A stretch of DNA of 61,413 bases from Kiritimatiellia bacterium (GCA_017628025.1 JAGBZX010000025.1:1-61413), one strand, 5' to 3'; positions 42,914 to 53,602 are shown, counted from the stretch's first letter. Notes: generated by a model not told the origin, from the sequence alone. Translations and numbers: made by a program.

Positions 42914-44107
42914 TTAAAATATTTCACACTTTGGCAACTTGCCAACAATGGGACTAACGTAATCAATAAATGCCTTTGTAACATCATTACCACTAGAGGC
43001 GATATAGTTTTTAGGCATTGACTTAGTAAACTTTGCTGCGCGCTGAATCGGTAAGGCCTTGTACGTAACACGATAAGCTGCTTTAGAGGCGCGGCAAATA
43101 GCTACAGTACCTTTCTTTATCTTGCCTTCAAAGGCAAACTTTACAGCAGCTTGACCTACTTCAAATGCTTCCTTGGAATCTACATTGGAAGCAACTCCTG
43201 GGAATGAACGCTGAAGATAACCAAACGTATCGGCTCTAACGCGCTTTATTTCGCAATTGGCTTTTAAATATTTAGCTAAGTAATCGCCTAATGCGCCAGT
43301 TCCGCTCATCTGAACATTTCCGTGGCTATCTTTCTCACCATCAGAAAGCATCGCACCTATAGAACGACCTTGCTCATCACGGATACCTTCTGAAACAGCA
43401 ACTACGGCACGGCCGAATTTTGCCATTGCTTTTTTAATATCATCGCCAAACTTCTCCAAAGAAAATGGAACCTCTGGCAAATAAATAAGGTGCGGGCCAT
43501 CATCGCAGCGTTCACGTGCTAATGCGGAAGCTGCTGTCAAAAAGCCAGCATCTCTCCCCATAATGACATCGATTTTTACACCCCCTAACGCACGGTTATC
43601 AAGATTATCACCCTTTATCGCACTAGCAACAAAGCGCGCTGCGCTTCCAAAGCCAGGCGTGTGGTCACAACTCCTTAAATCGTTATCTATCGTTTTAGGT
43701 ATGTGATAAACTGTAAGATTATATTTAGCCTTTTTCGCTTCATCCGCGACTATACGCGCAGCATCTGCCGAATCGTTGCCTCCGATATAGAAAAAGTAAC
43801 CAACATTTAATTCACGGAATCGCTCAAAAATTGTACGACAATCTTCTGCATTAGGTTTTTTACGGCAAGAGCCTAATGCCGAGGAAGGCGTCGCTGCTAT
43901 TGCTAGGAGTTTCTTTTCTGTGGGCTTTCTTAAATCAACATAATCGCCATTTAAAATGCCCACTATCCCATGCCTAGCACCAAGTATCGAGCCAATTCCA
44001 GCGCGGCGGCGCAACGCTAAAACCGCGCCAATAAGCGACTGGTTTATAACCATCGATGGCCCGCCAGATTGCGCTATAACAACATTTTTAAGTTCCGTTT
44101 TTTTCAT
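42914..44107 (-). CDS. 6-phosphofructokinase family enzyme (probably PPi-dependent type)
   Basis: SGGPSMVINQS, IGGNDS, PKTIDNDL, MGRDAGFL. 397 aa. Confidence 0.75.
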   Translation of the reverse strand: MKKTELKNVVIAQSGGPSMVINQSLIGAVLALRRRAGIGSILGARHGIVGILNGDYVDLRKPTEKKLLAIAATPSSALGSCRKKPNAEDCRTIFERFRELNVGYFFYIGGNDSADAARIVADEAKKAKYNLTVYHIPKTIDNDLRSCDHTPGFGSAARFVASAIKGDNLDNRALGGVKIDVIMGRDAGFLTAASALARERCDDGPHLIYLPEVPFSLEKFGDDIKKAMAKFGRAVVAVSEGIRDEQGRSIGAMLSDGEKDSHGNVQMSGTGALGDYLAKYLKANCEIKRVRADTFGYLQRSFPGVASNVDSKEAFEVGQAAVKFAFEGKIKKGTVAICRASKAAYRVTYKALPIQRAAKFTKSMPKNYIASSGNDVTKAFIDYVSPIVGKLPKCEIF

Positions 44108-44124
44108 AACTTATTCTTAAGAAA

Positions 44125-45423
44125 TTAATGTCTGAACGAACGCTGGCCGGTAAACACCATCGCAACTCCTGCGTCATTACAACAGTCAATAACATCCCAA
44201 TCGCGGAGCGCGCCACCAGGCTGAACGATAGATGTAATTCCCTCGCGAATGCCGACCTCCGCTCCATCGCGGAACGGGAAGAACGCATCCGACACCATAG
44301 CACACCCAGGCAGACCACCCTTCTCTGCCTTCGTCTGCTCCATAATCTCTGCCTGTTTCTTTGCGCCATCTTCCTCGCCAAAAACCAAGCGCAGATCATT
44401 ATATGGCTTTTGATACTTTTCCCAAGCGATCCAATCGGCGTGCTTAGTGTAGGCTTTGTCACGAGCAATTTCCGCGACACCCACGCGATCTTGCTCGCCA
44501 GTTCCAATTCCTACCGTCACTCCGTCTTTCACGTAAAGAACACTGTTGGAAGTTACGCCAGCCTCAACAAGCCAGCCAAACACCAAATCTTCATATTCCT
44601 TTGCAGTTGGAATACGCTTTATCGAATGCTCCTCAAAAGTTACTTCTCCAGTTTCCTTGTTTGTGATTTTACGCTTGCAATAAGCTGGCATTAAATCTTC
44701 AGGTTTTCTCGCATTTGCGCTAAAAGATGTCTGCGCGACGATACCTCCATCAATAAGACTCTTGAAATCTATCACATGTTTAGCAACAAATTCTGTAAGG
44801 CGCGACATGTTCTTAATACGGAAGACGCGTAAATTTTTCTTCGTTGCAAATAAATCCATTACACCTTCTTTGAAGTCTGGAGCAACAACGACTTCAGCAT
44901 AGTTTTCAATAATAAGCTTAGCCGTCTCAATATCACACTCTCTATTCAACGCTATCGCACCACCAAAGGCAGCAAGCCTATCAGCCTTGTTGGCACGATA
45001 ATAAGCCTCAGCAAGAGTACTGCCAGTTGCTACGCCACATGGATTATTGTGCTTTACAATTACAGCAGTGGGCTTTTCCATCAAGTAACGCAAAATATTC
45101 AATGCATTATCAGTGTCTGTAACGTTCGTCTTGCCAGGGTGCTTACCAGACTGAAGAAGTTCTGGAACTGATGCTAAATAACGACCAGCCTGAAGCATCT
45201 CAACATCACCAAGAACAAGGTTACCATTTACTAACTTATAAAGAGCAGCCTCCTGACCAGGATTTTCACCATATCTAAGACCTTTTTCCTCGCCGCCAAT
45301 ATTCCAGGTTACCTTCTCGTACCGAAATGTTTCACGCTTAGCGCCATCGATAAACGAAATCTCCATTTGAGGCGCAAAGTGATCTGCTTCAATCGTCTTG
45401 TATGCTTCTTTTAAGTCTTTCAT
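44125..45423 (-). CDS. purH: AICAR transformylase domain protein (PurH-like, lacking the MGS/IMP cyclohydrolase domain)
   Basis: GLRYGENPGQEAALY sits near the N-terminus, and the C-terminus is FTGQRSFRH. I moved the start to ATG 45423 (SD AAGGATGGAGAG). The ORF-track start would overlap the UXS gene. Confidence 0.7.
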   Translation of the reverse strand: MKDLKEAYKTIEADHFAPQMEISFIDGAKRETFRYEKVTWNIGGEEKGLRYGENPGQEAALYKLVNGNLVLGDVEMLQAGRYLASVPELLQSGKHPGKTNVTDTDNALNILRYLMEKPTAVIVKHNNPCGVATGSTLAEAYYRANKADRLAAFGGAIALNRECDIETAKLIIENYAEVVVAPDFKEGVMDLFATKKNLRVFRIKNMSRLTEFVAKHVIDFKSLIDGGIVAQTSFSANARKPEDLMPAYCKRKITNKETGEVTFEEHSIKRIPTAKEYEDLVFGWLVEAGVTSNSVLYVKDGVTVGIGTGEQDRVGVAEIARDKAYTKHADWIAWEKYQKPYNDLRLVFGEEDGAKKQAEIMEQTKAEKGGLPGCAMVSDAFFPFRDGAEVGIREGITSIVQPGGALRDWDVIDCCNDAGVAMVFTGQRSFRH

Positions 45424-45442
45424 TTTCTCTCCATCCTTGTTT

Positions 45443-46417
45443 TTATATAGATTTAAAATATTCGATTGTTTTAGAAAGTCCTTCATCTAGGCTTACCGTC
45501 GGCTCCCAGTTAAGCAGCTTTTTTGCCAACTCAATATCAGGCTTGCGTTTTTTAGGATCATCACCAGGCAATGGTCTATAAACTATTTTTGAAGTAGAGT
45601 TTGGTAACTTCTCAAGAGTTTTTTCTGCCAACTCTTTTATCGTGTATTCTCCTGGGTTACCTGTGTTGAGCACTGGCACAGGTGGTCTATCGGGAAGCCC
45701 GAAAAATGCCCTTACCTTTTCTTTCGGCAAACGCATAAATCTGACAAACGCCTCTATTAGATCGCTATAGTACTGGAACGAACGCGTCTGAGAGCCATCA
45801 CCGTAAATCGTTATATCTTGATCATTTAGAGCCTGCATAATAAAATTCGACACAACTCTACCATCTTGCGGATGCATTCTTGTCCCATAAGTATTAAATA
45901 TACGAGTCATTCTAGCATCTACATCAAACTCGCGAATATAATCAGCAATAAGCGTCTCGCCTATGCGTTTACCCTCGTCATAACAACTTCTAATGCCAAT
46001 TGTATTTACATTTCCCCAATAAGATTCTTTCTGAGGATGCACTAGCGGATCACCATATATTTCGCTAGTAGAGGCGTGTAGCATCTTAGCGTTATCTCTC
46101 TTTGCAATTTCAAGGCAAAGCATAACGCCTTTGATGCCGGTCATCGTTGTGAAATGAGGTCTGGCCTGATAATGCACGGGCGAAGCGGGGCAAGCTAAAT
46201 TATAAACCTCTTCTACTTTATCAAAGTCATCGGCCTTCAAGTCACAGACATCAGCCTCAAGAAACTTGAAATTTGGGTTTGATGCAAAAGAGGAAATATT
46301 CTCTCGTGTACCTGTGTACAAATTATCCACACCGACTACTTGACAACCTTCATTCAGAAGTCTTTCCGCAAGATGGCTCCCAAGAAATCCTGCCGCACCT
46401 GTTACTAGAACCTTCAT
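45443..46417 (-). CDS. UDP-glucuronate decarboxylase (UDP-xylose synthase), SDR family
   Basis: [32 protein letters not shown]. Confidence 0.8.
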   Translation of the reverse strand: MKVLVTGAAGFLGSHLAERLLNEGCQVVGVDNLYTGTRENISSFASNPNFKFLEADVCDLKADDFDKVEEVYNLACPASPVHYQARPHFTTMTGIKGVMLCLEIAKRDNAKMLHASTSEIYGDPLVHPQKESYWGNVNTIGIRSCYDEGKRIGETLIADYIREFDVDARMTRIFNTYGTRMHPQDGRVVSNFIMQALNDQDITIYGDGSQTRSFQYYSDLIEAFVRFMRLPKEKVRAFFGLPDRPPVPVLNTGNPGEYTIKELAEKTLEKLPNSTSKIVYRPLPGDDPKKRKPDIELAKKLLNWEPTVSLDEGLSKTIEYFKSI

Positions 46418-46418
46418 T

Positions 46419-48032
46419 TTAAATACCCTTTATTTTGTCATCTAGAGTTTTTTGCTCATCAAATAAACTTCTAGCCCTTGGATCAAACTTCGTTGATGAA
46501 AACGGAATTTTAAAGAACGATTCATACGAGGCTTTACCATTTAAACCCCTGAGCGAAAACTCTAACTCATTAACATCCATTGGAACTCTGCCATATATTT
46601 CTGTAGGGCTTCCAACATAAATATTTTTTACCATTCTTGGATAGACTTCTGCTTTACAAGACGAGGCGAAAATAAGACGAATATCTGTCAGAACAGGATC
46701 TCTAAAACGCTCTGTTAAGCCTTGAAGCCCTTTGCCAGCTGTGCGCCTAGAACCAGTATAGACAAAACTCTCTCCTCTATTACCACGCGTTAAAACATCA
46801 ATTAACTCAATATTGGCCTCTTTCTTTACGCCATACATATAAACAGAAACCAACCCATCATTTAACTTTGAAAACTTTTGAATAATACCGGCGGTTGAAC
46901 TAAAACCAGAATTGGCATCGCCATCTGTAACTACAAGTGCTATTAAAGGACGAGCTGGGTCTCTGGGCAAAGTAAGAACACTTTCAATAGTAGCAAAGAC
47001 ATCAGTTCTGCCATATGAGGCTAAATCATTTATCCACTCATAAGCCTCATCAAATGACGACTGTGTGCATTGGCGCCAATTTTTAAAAGCATATGAATAA
47101 TGGTTACGAAAAGCCACGAGATTAAACCTATCTGCTGTATTCATCGCCGTTGAGAGGATGCCTTTTGCAGCAGCTCTTAAAGAGACCATACGCTCTCTGC
47201 CTATTGACCCAGAGGCGTCAATAAGAAGAACAAAATCCTTTGGAACCACTTTCAAAACATCAAGCGGATTAACAGTAATATGAAAATATTTCCAATTACC
47301 ATCCTGCGCAGAGGTCGTTTTAACATCAACAAATTGCGAAAGTTCTTCAACATTAGGAGCATCCAGCAATTGACGAACAGCCTTTTTCTCTGCTTCGATA
47401 ACTACCTTGTCGACTTTATCAAGAACTGTATCTACAGGTTTGAACTGGGGCGTAGAGTCTTCTTTAGCAAAGCTTGATACTTCAGATTTCTTGACTCGCG
47501 GCACCGATGAAAGTTTTGGAGTTTGAGAGAGCTTAGGCATATAAAATGAAGTGTCTTTATTTGGAGTTGGCACAACACTAGGAGCCATCGCTAATATTCG
47601 CGCCGTCGGAACGTGCGCAGGCATCTTCAACGGCTTTTCTATTCTTGGAGAGTTAATATCCTTAACAGCAACTACTTCAAAATCCTGAAACTTTGGCTCT
47701 GGTGCTTTAGGCATCGTAGCCTCGGGCGGCACTGCAATAGGAAGCGAAGTTGAATCTTCTACTCGCCTCAGTTCTGGCGCTAGCTCATCTGCTATTGTTG
47801 CCTCTGGTGCAGTACGCTTTGCATCCTGGTCTAAAATATCTTCAATTTTAACAATATCTTTTGGTGTTGACGTATTTTCAATACGAGTAACACGAACCTG
47901 CCTAGGCATATATTTCTCGTCAATGCCTGTAGACATTACTCGCCCCTTTACACAAAAAACCAAAACGGCGTGAAGCGCAAGCGACACAGCCACTGCGATA
48001 AGAACAATATCCTCGCGGCGTTCTTTTGTCAC
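46419..48032 (-). CDS. Membrane-anchored von Willebrand factor A domain protein
   Basis: N-terminal TM helix. MIDAS-like [10 protein letters not shown]...TD...TDGDAN. Confidence 0.7.
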   Translation of the reverse strand: MTKERREDIVLIAVAVSLALHAVLVFCVKGRVMSTGIDEKYMPRQVRVTRIENTSTPKDIVKIEDILDQDAKRTAPEATIADELAPELRRVEDSTSLPIAVPPEATMPKAPEPKFQDFEVVAVKDINSPRIEKPLKMPAHVPTARILAMAPSVVPTPNKDTSFYMPKLSQTPKLSSVPRVKKSEVSSFAKEDSTPQFKPVDTVLDKVDKVVIEAEKKAVRQLLDAPNVEELSQFVDVKTTSAQDGNWKYFHITVNPLDVLKVVPKDFVLLIDASGSIGRERMVSLRAAAKGILSTAMNTADRFNLVAFRNHYSYAFKNWRQCTQSSFDEAYEWINDLASYGRTDVFATIESVLTLPRDPARPLIALVVTDGDANSGFSSTAGIIQKFSKLNDGLVSVYMYGVKKEANIELIDVLTRGNRGESFVYTGSRRTAGKGLQGLTERFRDPVLTDIRLIFASSCKAEVYPRMVKNIYVGSPTEIYGRVPMDVNELEFSLRGLNGKASYESFFKIPFSSTKFDPRARSLFDEQKTLDDKIKGI

Positions 48033-49966
48033 TTCGCCTCCTCTGGATTTTCGTTAAGGAGCTTTTGCGCGGCAGGTCCATAAACAGGATCATCAAATAA
48101 AGTAATAATAATTGTTGCGTATGCACGCGCAGCACGGACATCTTTGCGTCCTAACGACAACGTCGCCAACTCCATATAGGCATTGCATCTTAAAGAAGAA
48201 TCTTTACTATTTAACTCAACTGCTTCTCGAAGAATTTTCTCGGCTTCATCAAAATTACCCGCTTTAGTTTCTAGCGCTCCCAATCGCACTGCGGCATTGC
48301 CAGCCCGCTCTGTGCGAGTAGACAAATTAAAGCCATCACGATATGACGCTATCGCTGCTGCAAAATGGCCCTCTGCCTCTTCGGCATGTGCCTTTAAAAA
48401 TAAAGCTTCTTGTTTTAGTTCTTCAGTCGTAGCAACTGAAGCTAAGGACGATGCGCAAAGCTTTGCCTCTCTTAAAGCCGCGTCACCTGATTTCTCCTCT
48501 ATCAAAAAGCGACCTACAGAAAGAATTTTCTTGGCGCTCATTCTTTCTGTCGCACCTTCGGCAACTAAACTAGCATATGATTTTTTCGCTGTAACAAAAT
48601 CACCTTCTTCAAACGCAATGTCTGCTAGCGCAATGCGCGATTCGCGGCGAAGTTCAATAGGAAGCACCCCTTCTAAAGCTTCTTTAAGTAACTTTGCCCC
48701 TTCGGCTTTATGTCCTAAACTTATCTGAGTCATCCCACGCCAATAGCGCATCTCGTTAATCTTAGCGTGATTGGGTGATGACTTCATCGCCTCTGCCAAC
48801 GAAAGCTCTGCTGCAGACCACATAGAAGCACGAATCTCTAACATGGCTTTTCTATAAAGCGCCTCTACTGCATCTACAGACCCAGGATTTGAAGAAGCTA
48901 TTTCGTCGTACATTTTTTTAGCCCATTCTGGGCGAGATGAAGTTTCATACCACCATGCTAGCCTAAGAGCATCTGTCGGCGAGCGAGAAATCTCGTAAGC
49001 CCTACGAGCGTTCTCTAGAGCTTTCGCGTTGTCACCCTTGCTACTTGCTTCATCAAAGTTAAGTCTCGCAAGAGGCAACTCGCAACTTTTGCGATACTTG
49101 CCAGTGGGATAGTCTTCTAAATACTTTTCAAACAACTTGCGCGCTTTTTCATTTTCGCCCGCTTGATAAGCACATGCAGCCGCCAAATATTCGTAGTCTT
49201 CACCATCCTTCGAATCGATAAATTGCGCACATTCTAAATACATCGCCGCTAGGTAATAACTCCATGCCCTTAGGCACATGGCCTCTTCAACATGTTTCCC
49301 ATTAGGAAAATTTTTAGAATATCGCCTAAGCATCGTCGCTGCTTGCGAATAACGTTTTGAAGTGTAACTTTCAACTGCTGCTAAATAAAGAGCGTCATCA
49401 CCTAGTGATTTATCAGAACTAAAGGCTATAGTTAAAAGATCTTCTACCGCTTTTTTGCGAAGTTCCTCATCTTCTGATTTTATCCACTTTGAAGCCCTAA
49501 CAAAACGAGCGTATAAGGCATAATCACCATTAGGATCAAGTTTAATCGATTTAGTAAATAATTCAGTATCAGATTTTGCTAAACCTAAATGATAACAAGC
49601 AACGGCTCTGACCTTATTATCAACACTATCACTATTTAATAGCTCAAGTTCTTTTATCTTTGTTTCTTCATCTACTGCTGTCAATGCAGCATTTAATCTA
49701 GCATGAAACTTTAATCTAAAAGTTGGATCATCGACTTTAACTGCCGCTAGATAATGATTTCTAGCCTTTTCATTACGTCCTAATCTACGCTCGCATTCAC
49801 CCAACCTAAACTCCAACTCATTTTGCGGCAAGGCATTGGTCGCTTTAAGAGAAACATATTCCTCTTGTGCCTTAGCATATTGACCTTTATTAAAAAGCCT
49901 ATCGGCTAGCGCAAGCCTATCGGCTGGCAACACAGAAAGCGCTGACAATAATAAGGCTAATATCAT
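48029..49966 (-). CDS. TPR-repeat protein
   Basis: 645 aa with many TPR-like A..Y/A..L repeats. Signal-like N-terminus. Confidence 0.7.
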   Translation of the reverse strand: MILALLLSALSVLPADRLALADRLFNKGQYAKAQEEYVSLKATNALPQNELEFRLGECERRLGRNEKARNHYLAAVKVDDPTFRLKFHARLNAALTAVDEETKIKELELLNSDSVDNKVRAVACYHLGLAKSDTELFTKSIKLDPNGDYALYARFVRASKWIKSEDEELRKKAVEDLLTIAFSSDKSLGDDALYLAAVESYTSKRYSQAATMLRRYSKNFPNGKHVEEAMCLRAWSYYLAAMYLECAQFIDSKDGEDYEYLAAACAYQAGENEKARKLFEKYLEDYPTGKYRKSCELPLARLNFDEASSKGDNAKALENARRAYEISRSPTDALRLAWWYETSSRPEWAKKMYDEIASSNPGSVDAVEALYRKAMLEIRASMWSAAELSLAEAMKSSPNHAKINEMRYWRGMTQISLGHKAEGAKLLKEALEGVLPIELRRESRIALADIAFEEGDFVTAKKSYASLVAEGATERMSAKKILSVGRFLIEEKSGDAALREAKLCASSLASVATTEELKQEALFLKAHAEEAEGHFAAAIASYRDGFNLSTRTERAGNAAVRLGALETKAGNFDEAEKILREAVELNSKDSSLRCNAYMELATLSLGRKDVRAARAYATIIITLFDDPVYGPAAQKLLNENPEEAK

Positions 49967-50373
49967 TTATTTTCAGTAGCAAGCGAAAAGTTCCAGATAT
50001 CTGCCGCGCGACAAGTATCAACGAGCTTTATAAGCATATCGTACTTTGTGTCGCGATCTGCTCTTATAATAACAGGCTGCCCAGGATAATACTCTGCCAC
50101 CTTTGAGAGCCTCGACTTTAAATCCTCAAGAGAAAGCTTAACGCCATTTACACTTATAACACCTTCTTTAGTAAGATTTACAATCACCTCTCCTGGCATA
50201 CGGTCTGGTGTTTGAGCAGTACCTGCTGTCGGTAATTTTATAGATATCTCGCTTTCCCATTGAGAGAAAACGCTTATCGTGACGAAAAAACATAATAGTA
50301 AGAATATAACGTCAAGCATAGACGTTAATTCAATAGATGTAGCCTTTGGAGGTTCTTTACGCGAGAATCTCAT
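49963..50373 (-). CDS. exbD: ExbD/TolR-family biopolymer transport protein
   Basis: LTSMLDVIFLLLCFF TM helix followed by a periplasmic domain. 136 aa. Confidence 0.8.
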   Translation of the reverse strand: MRFSRKEPPKATSIELTSMLDVIFLLLCFFVTISVFSQWESEISIKLPTAGTAQTPDRMPGEVIVNLTKEGVISVNGVKLSLEDLKSRLSKVAEYYPGQPVIIRADRDTKYDMLIKLVDTCRAADIWNFSLATENK

Positions 50374-50845
50374 CAGCTCTCTCCTCTATTTCATCTACGC
50401 GTCTTTGCGCACGCCTACGAAAGAAAGCATACGCTAACTGCGAAGGAATAGCGACTACTAAACCAAATATCGTAGTAACGATAGCTTGCGAGACACCTTG
50501 TGCTAAAACAACAGGCTTTGCCGCGGCACTTGCTTGGCTAGCAATACCGCCAAACGCCTCGAACATACCAAGAACCGTACCAAGCAGCCCTACTAGCGGA
50601 GCAATTGCAGCAATATCAGATAGCCACTGTACTTGACTAAAGAGTCGTTGCGCAATTCTAGAGCCTTCAGCCTGTGGATCTTTAGCTCTTTTAATATTCT
50701 CAAGAGCTTCAGGAATAACTACTCCTCTACGTTGAGAATACCATAAATAAAATACGAGTGCTAAGGCTGCTACAGAAAATAAAGCCAACACCCACATGAG
50801 CATCCCGCCATAAGCCCAAGCCTGGGCAAAAGTGATTTCATTCAT
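50357..50845 (-). CDS. exbB: MotA/TolQ/ExbB proton-channel family protein
   Basis: LSDIAAIAPLVGLLGTVLGMFEAF...QAIVTTIFGLVVAIP. Confidence 0.8.
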   Translation of the reverse strand: MNEITFAQAWAYGGMLMWVLALFSVAALALVFYLWYSQRRGVVIPEALENIKRAKDPQAEGSRIAQRLFSQVQWLSDIAAIAPLVGLLGTVLGMFEAFGGIASQASAAAKPVVLAQGVSQAIVTTIFGLVVAIPSQLAYAFFRRRAQRRVDEIEERADEILA

Positions 50846-50875
50846 TAGATAAACACCTTTCGTAAATTTCCTTGT

Positions 50876-50884
50876 ATTATATCA
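50876..50884 (-). promoter_or_regulatory. Extended -10 promoter TGATATAAT for the exbB operon (about 25-nt leader with an AAAGGTG SD)
   Basis: The motif lies 31 nt upstream of ATG 50845. Confidence 0.5.
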
Positions 50885-50929
50885 AAAAAACGAGTTTTAT
50901 GGAAATTAGAACGATGTAAAAAAGACATA

Positions 50930-50966
50930 AAAAAACGTCCTCACCGCAATACGGGAGAACGTTTTT
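50930..50966 (-). terminator. Rho-independent terminator of acpP
   Basis: The minus strand reads AAAAACGTTCTCCCGTATTGCGGTGAGGACGTTTTTT, an imperfect 11-bp stem followed by a T-run. Confidence 0.65.
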
Positions 50967-50990
50967 CTAGACGGCTTAAAGCCGATTCAA

Positions 50991-51242
50991 TTAGGCTTCG
51001 TCAGCGAAACCCTTGCTCTTGAGATACTCAAGAACCTTGCCGACAGTCGTGAGCTTTTCAGCATCCTCTTCAGGAATTGCTGCGCCAAATTCTTCTTCAA
51101 ACGCCATGATAAGCTCAACGTTGTCAAGAGAATCTGCACCGAGGTCATCGATAAACGAAGCTTCTTCGGTAACCTGCTCAGCATTAACACCGAGCTGCTC
51201 GACGATGATGTCTTTTACGCGATCTTCAAGCTTTCCTGCCAT
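50991..51242 (-). CDS. acpP: Acyl carrier protein
   Basis: [21 protein letters not shown] phosphopantetheine-attachment motif. Confidence 0.95.
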   Translation of the reverse strand: MAGKLEDRVKDIIVEQLGVNAEQVTEEASFIDDLGADSLDNVELIMAFEEEFGAAIPEEDAEKLTTVGKVLEYLKSKGFADEA

Positions 51243-51273
51243 TTTTTTACTCCTTAGTTTTAAGTGATAACTA

Positions 51274-51282
51274 ATTATATCA
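51274..51282 (-). promoter_or_regulatory. Extended -10 promoter TGATATAAT for acpP
   Basis: About 30-nt leader containing an AAGGAG SD. Confidence 0.55.
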
Positions 51283-51286
51283 TATT

Positions 51287-51305
51287 TGATATATACTACG
51301 CAAGA
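51287..51305 (+). promoter_or_regulatory. Orphan stable-RNA-type promoter-like element TTGATATATACTACGCAAG pointing antisense into rpsU
   Basis: Resembles the tRNA-Glu and tRNA-Gln promoter signature. No plus-strand gene lies downstream. Confidence 0.3.
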
Positions 51306-51307
51306 GC

Positions 51308-51511
51308 TCAGTTAAGCTCCATACGACCACGACGGCTGCGCATACGGATGCGAGCACGTTGAGATTTTTTACGAGCCTTAACGCAAGGCTTTTCGAAATA
51401 ACGTTGGTCACGAAGCGTCTTCAAAAGACCCTCTTTGTCGAGAATCTTCTTCATGCGCTTAAGACCGCGCTCGACCGACTCGCCCTTCTTGAGTTTGAGT
51501 ACGATAGCCAT
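51308..51511 (-). CDS. rpsU: 30S ribosomal protein S21
   Basis: ...[36 protein letters not shown]... Confidence 0.9.
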   Translation of the reverse strand: MAIVLKLKKGESVERGLKRMKKILDKEGLLKTLRDQRYFEKPCVKARKKSQRARIRMRSRRGRMELN

Positions 51512-51912
51512 TACTTCACCTCCTTCGCCGGCTCTTTCTCCGCCTGGGCTGACTCTTCAGCCTTGACGAATTGAAGAATGCACATTTCAGCAGCATCACC
51601 CTTACGGGCGCCAAGCTTGACGATGCGCGTATAACCGCCCTTGCGATCCTTGAACGAAGGAGCGATCTTATCGAATAGGATACGAACTGCCTCTGGATCT
51701 AAAAGTCTGCTCGCAGCGAGACGGCGTGCAGCAAGATCGCCCTTCTTGCCGATTGTAACCATCTTATCAGCTGCCTTACGTGCTTCCTTAGCCTTTGGCA
51801 ACGTGGTCTTGATGGATTCAGCGAGAATGAGGTTCGTGACAAGACCCTTCATGAGCATCTTGCGGTGCTCTGTAGAACGGCCGAATTTTTTCATTACTCT
51901 TTGATGACGCAT
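51511..51912 (-). CDS. rplQ: 50S ribosomal protein L17
   Basis: MRHQRVMKKFGRSTEHRKMLMKGLVTNLILAESIKTTLPKAKE. Confidence 0.95.
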   Translation of the reverse strand: MRHQRVMKKFGRSTEHRKMLMKGLVTNLILAESIKTTLPKAKEARKAADKMVTIGKKGDLAARRLAASRLLDPEAVRILFDKIAPSFKDRKGGYTRIVKLGARKGDAAEMCILQFVKAEESAQAEKEPAKEVK

Positions 51913-51931
51913 TTTAAAACTCCATTAATTC

Positions 51932-52933
51932 TTAGTTCTTCTTGTCGAGAAGATCGTGATCAAACTTATACCCGAGCGAGAGACCCATCTGGAGAAGTCT
52001 TGCCTTGATTTCATCAAGAGACTTCTTACCAAAATTGCGGTACTTAAGCATATCTGCTTCTGTCTTTGAGCAGAGCTCGCCGACTGTCGCAATATTTGCT
52101 GTGTTTAGGCAGTTTGCCGCACGCACAGAAAGTTCAATCTCATGAACTGACATATTGAGAAGCTTGCGAATCTTTTCGCGCTCTTCCGTACCCTTCTGGT
52201 CTGGACCTTCAAAGGTAATTTTCTCATCTTCACTGACGAAAACGTCAAGATGACGGCGGAAGATTGCTGATGCTGTCTTAAGTGCCTCATCTGGCGTAAT
52301 ACGCCCGTCAGTCCAAATATCAAGAACTAGTTTCTCGTAGTCAGTACGCTGACCAACACGAGTGTTCTCAACGAGGAAGTTGCACCTTGTTACAGGTGAG
52401 AAGATTGAGTCAATTGCGATCCTACCGACTTCCTGCTCGCTAGACTTGTTACCGTCAGCAAGGCAGAAACCGCGACCGGTGCGAACTTCGCACTCAAGAT
52501 CAATTGAACCATCTACATCAAGCGTGCAAATGACGAGATCAGGATTAAGCACTTCAACATTATTAGCTGCTGCAAAATCGCCAGCGACTACCTCGCAAGG
52601 TCCAACCTTCTTGAGAGAAATCTTCTGGACCTCGCGATTGAAAGTCTTGATGAGGACCTTCTTGAGGTTCAAGATGATGTCAGTGACGTCTTCAGCGCAT
52701 CCCTTAATCGACGCAAACTCATGGCTAACGCCCTGAATTTTGACAGAAGAAATGGCAGCGCCTTCGATTGAAGAAAGCAACACGCGGCGAAGCGAGTTAC
52801 CAATCGTCCTTGCGTAACCTATTTCAAACGGCTCAGCGACGAAGCGCGCATATGTGGCGTCGGACGCCTGGTTCTGCGTCATGACCTTCTCCGCCTTCTG
52901 CGGCATTTCGAAATGGCTCATGCGAATTGGCAT
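51932..52933 (-). CDS. rpoA: DNA-directed RNA polymerase subunit alpha
   Basis: GYARTIGNSLRRVLLSSIEGAAI... plus a C-terminal domain ELSVRAANCLNTANIATVGEL. Confidence 0.95.
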   Translation of the reverse strand: MPIRMSHFEMPQKAEKVMTQNQASDATYARFVAEPFEIGYARTIGNSLRRVLLSSIEGAAISSVKIQGVSHEFASIKGCAEDVTDIILNLKKVLIKTFNREVQKISLKKVGPCEVVAGDFAAANNVEVLNPDLVICTLDVDGSIDLECEVRTGRGFCLADGNKSSEQEVGRIAIDSIFSPVTRCNFLVENTRVGQRTDYEKLVLDIWTDGRITPDEALKTASAIFRRHLDVFVSEDEKITFEGPDQKGTEEREKIRKLLNMSVHEIELSVRAANCLNTANIATVGELCSKTEADMLKYRNFGKKSLDEIKARLLQMGLSLGYKFDHDLLDKKN

Positions 52934-52972
52934 AATATCACCCTCTTTAGAATGTTCTCAACAACGAAAAGA

Positions 52973-53602
52973 TTAGCGCGAATAGAGTTCGACGATTGCC
53001 TGCTCATCAACAATCGGAGCAATCTGCTCACGAGTTGGTACAGCGAGAATCTCTGCTCTAAGCGTAGCCTGGTCAAAAGCGATCCACTGAGGCAATTGTG
53101 CGCCAGTAGCTGCTTCAACACTGCGATTAGCGTATTCTTTAGATTTTTCAGCCTCTTTCACGGTGACAACGTCACCAACCTTGAGAATCATGGAAGGAAC
53201 GGCAGCCTTGCGACCATTGACGCAAACGTGACCGTGAAGCACATACTGACGAGCGCTACGACGGCTAGGAGCCATACCGAGGCGATAAACTACGTTATCA
53301 AGGCGAAGCTCAAGAAGTTGGAGAAGGTTTTCACCAGTAACACCATCACGCCTTAATGCTTCGGCGAAGAAACGGCGGAACTGAAGTTCGCCCATGCCAT
53401 ACTGACGACGGAGCGACTGCTTCTGACGAAGCTGGCTACCGTATTCAGACATCTTCTTAGCTCTGCGGCCAACGTGCATACCAGGAACGCCAATACCCTT
53501 TTCAATTGGGCATTTAGCCATGTAGCAACGAGCGCCTTTTAAAAACAACTTCTGCCCCTCGCGGCGGCACTGACGACAAACTGGACCCGTATAACGACCC
53601 AT
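52973..53602 (-). CDS. rpsD: 30S ribosomal protein S4
   Basis: MGRYTGPVCRQCRREGQKLFLKGARC... Confidence 0.95.
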   Translation of the reverse strand: MGRYTGPVCRQCRREGQKLFLKGARCYMAKCPIEKGIGVPGMHVGRRAKKMSEYGSQLRQKQSLRRQYGMGELQFRRFFAEALRRDGVTGENLLQLLELRLDNVVYRLGMAPSRRSARQYVLHGHVCVNGRKAAVPSMILKVGDVVTVKEAEKSKEYANRSVEAATGAQLPQWIAFDQATLRAEILAVPTREQIAPIVDEQAIVELYSR

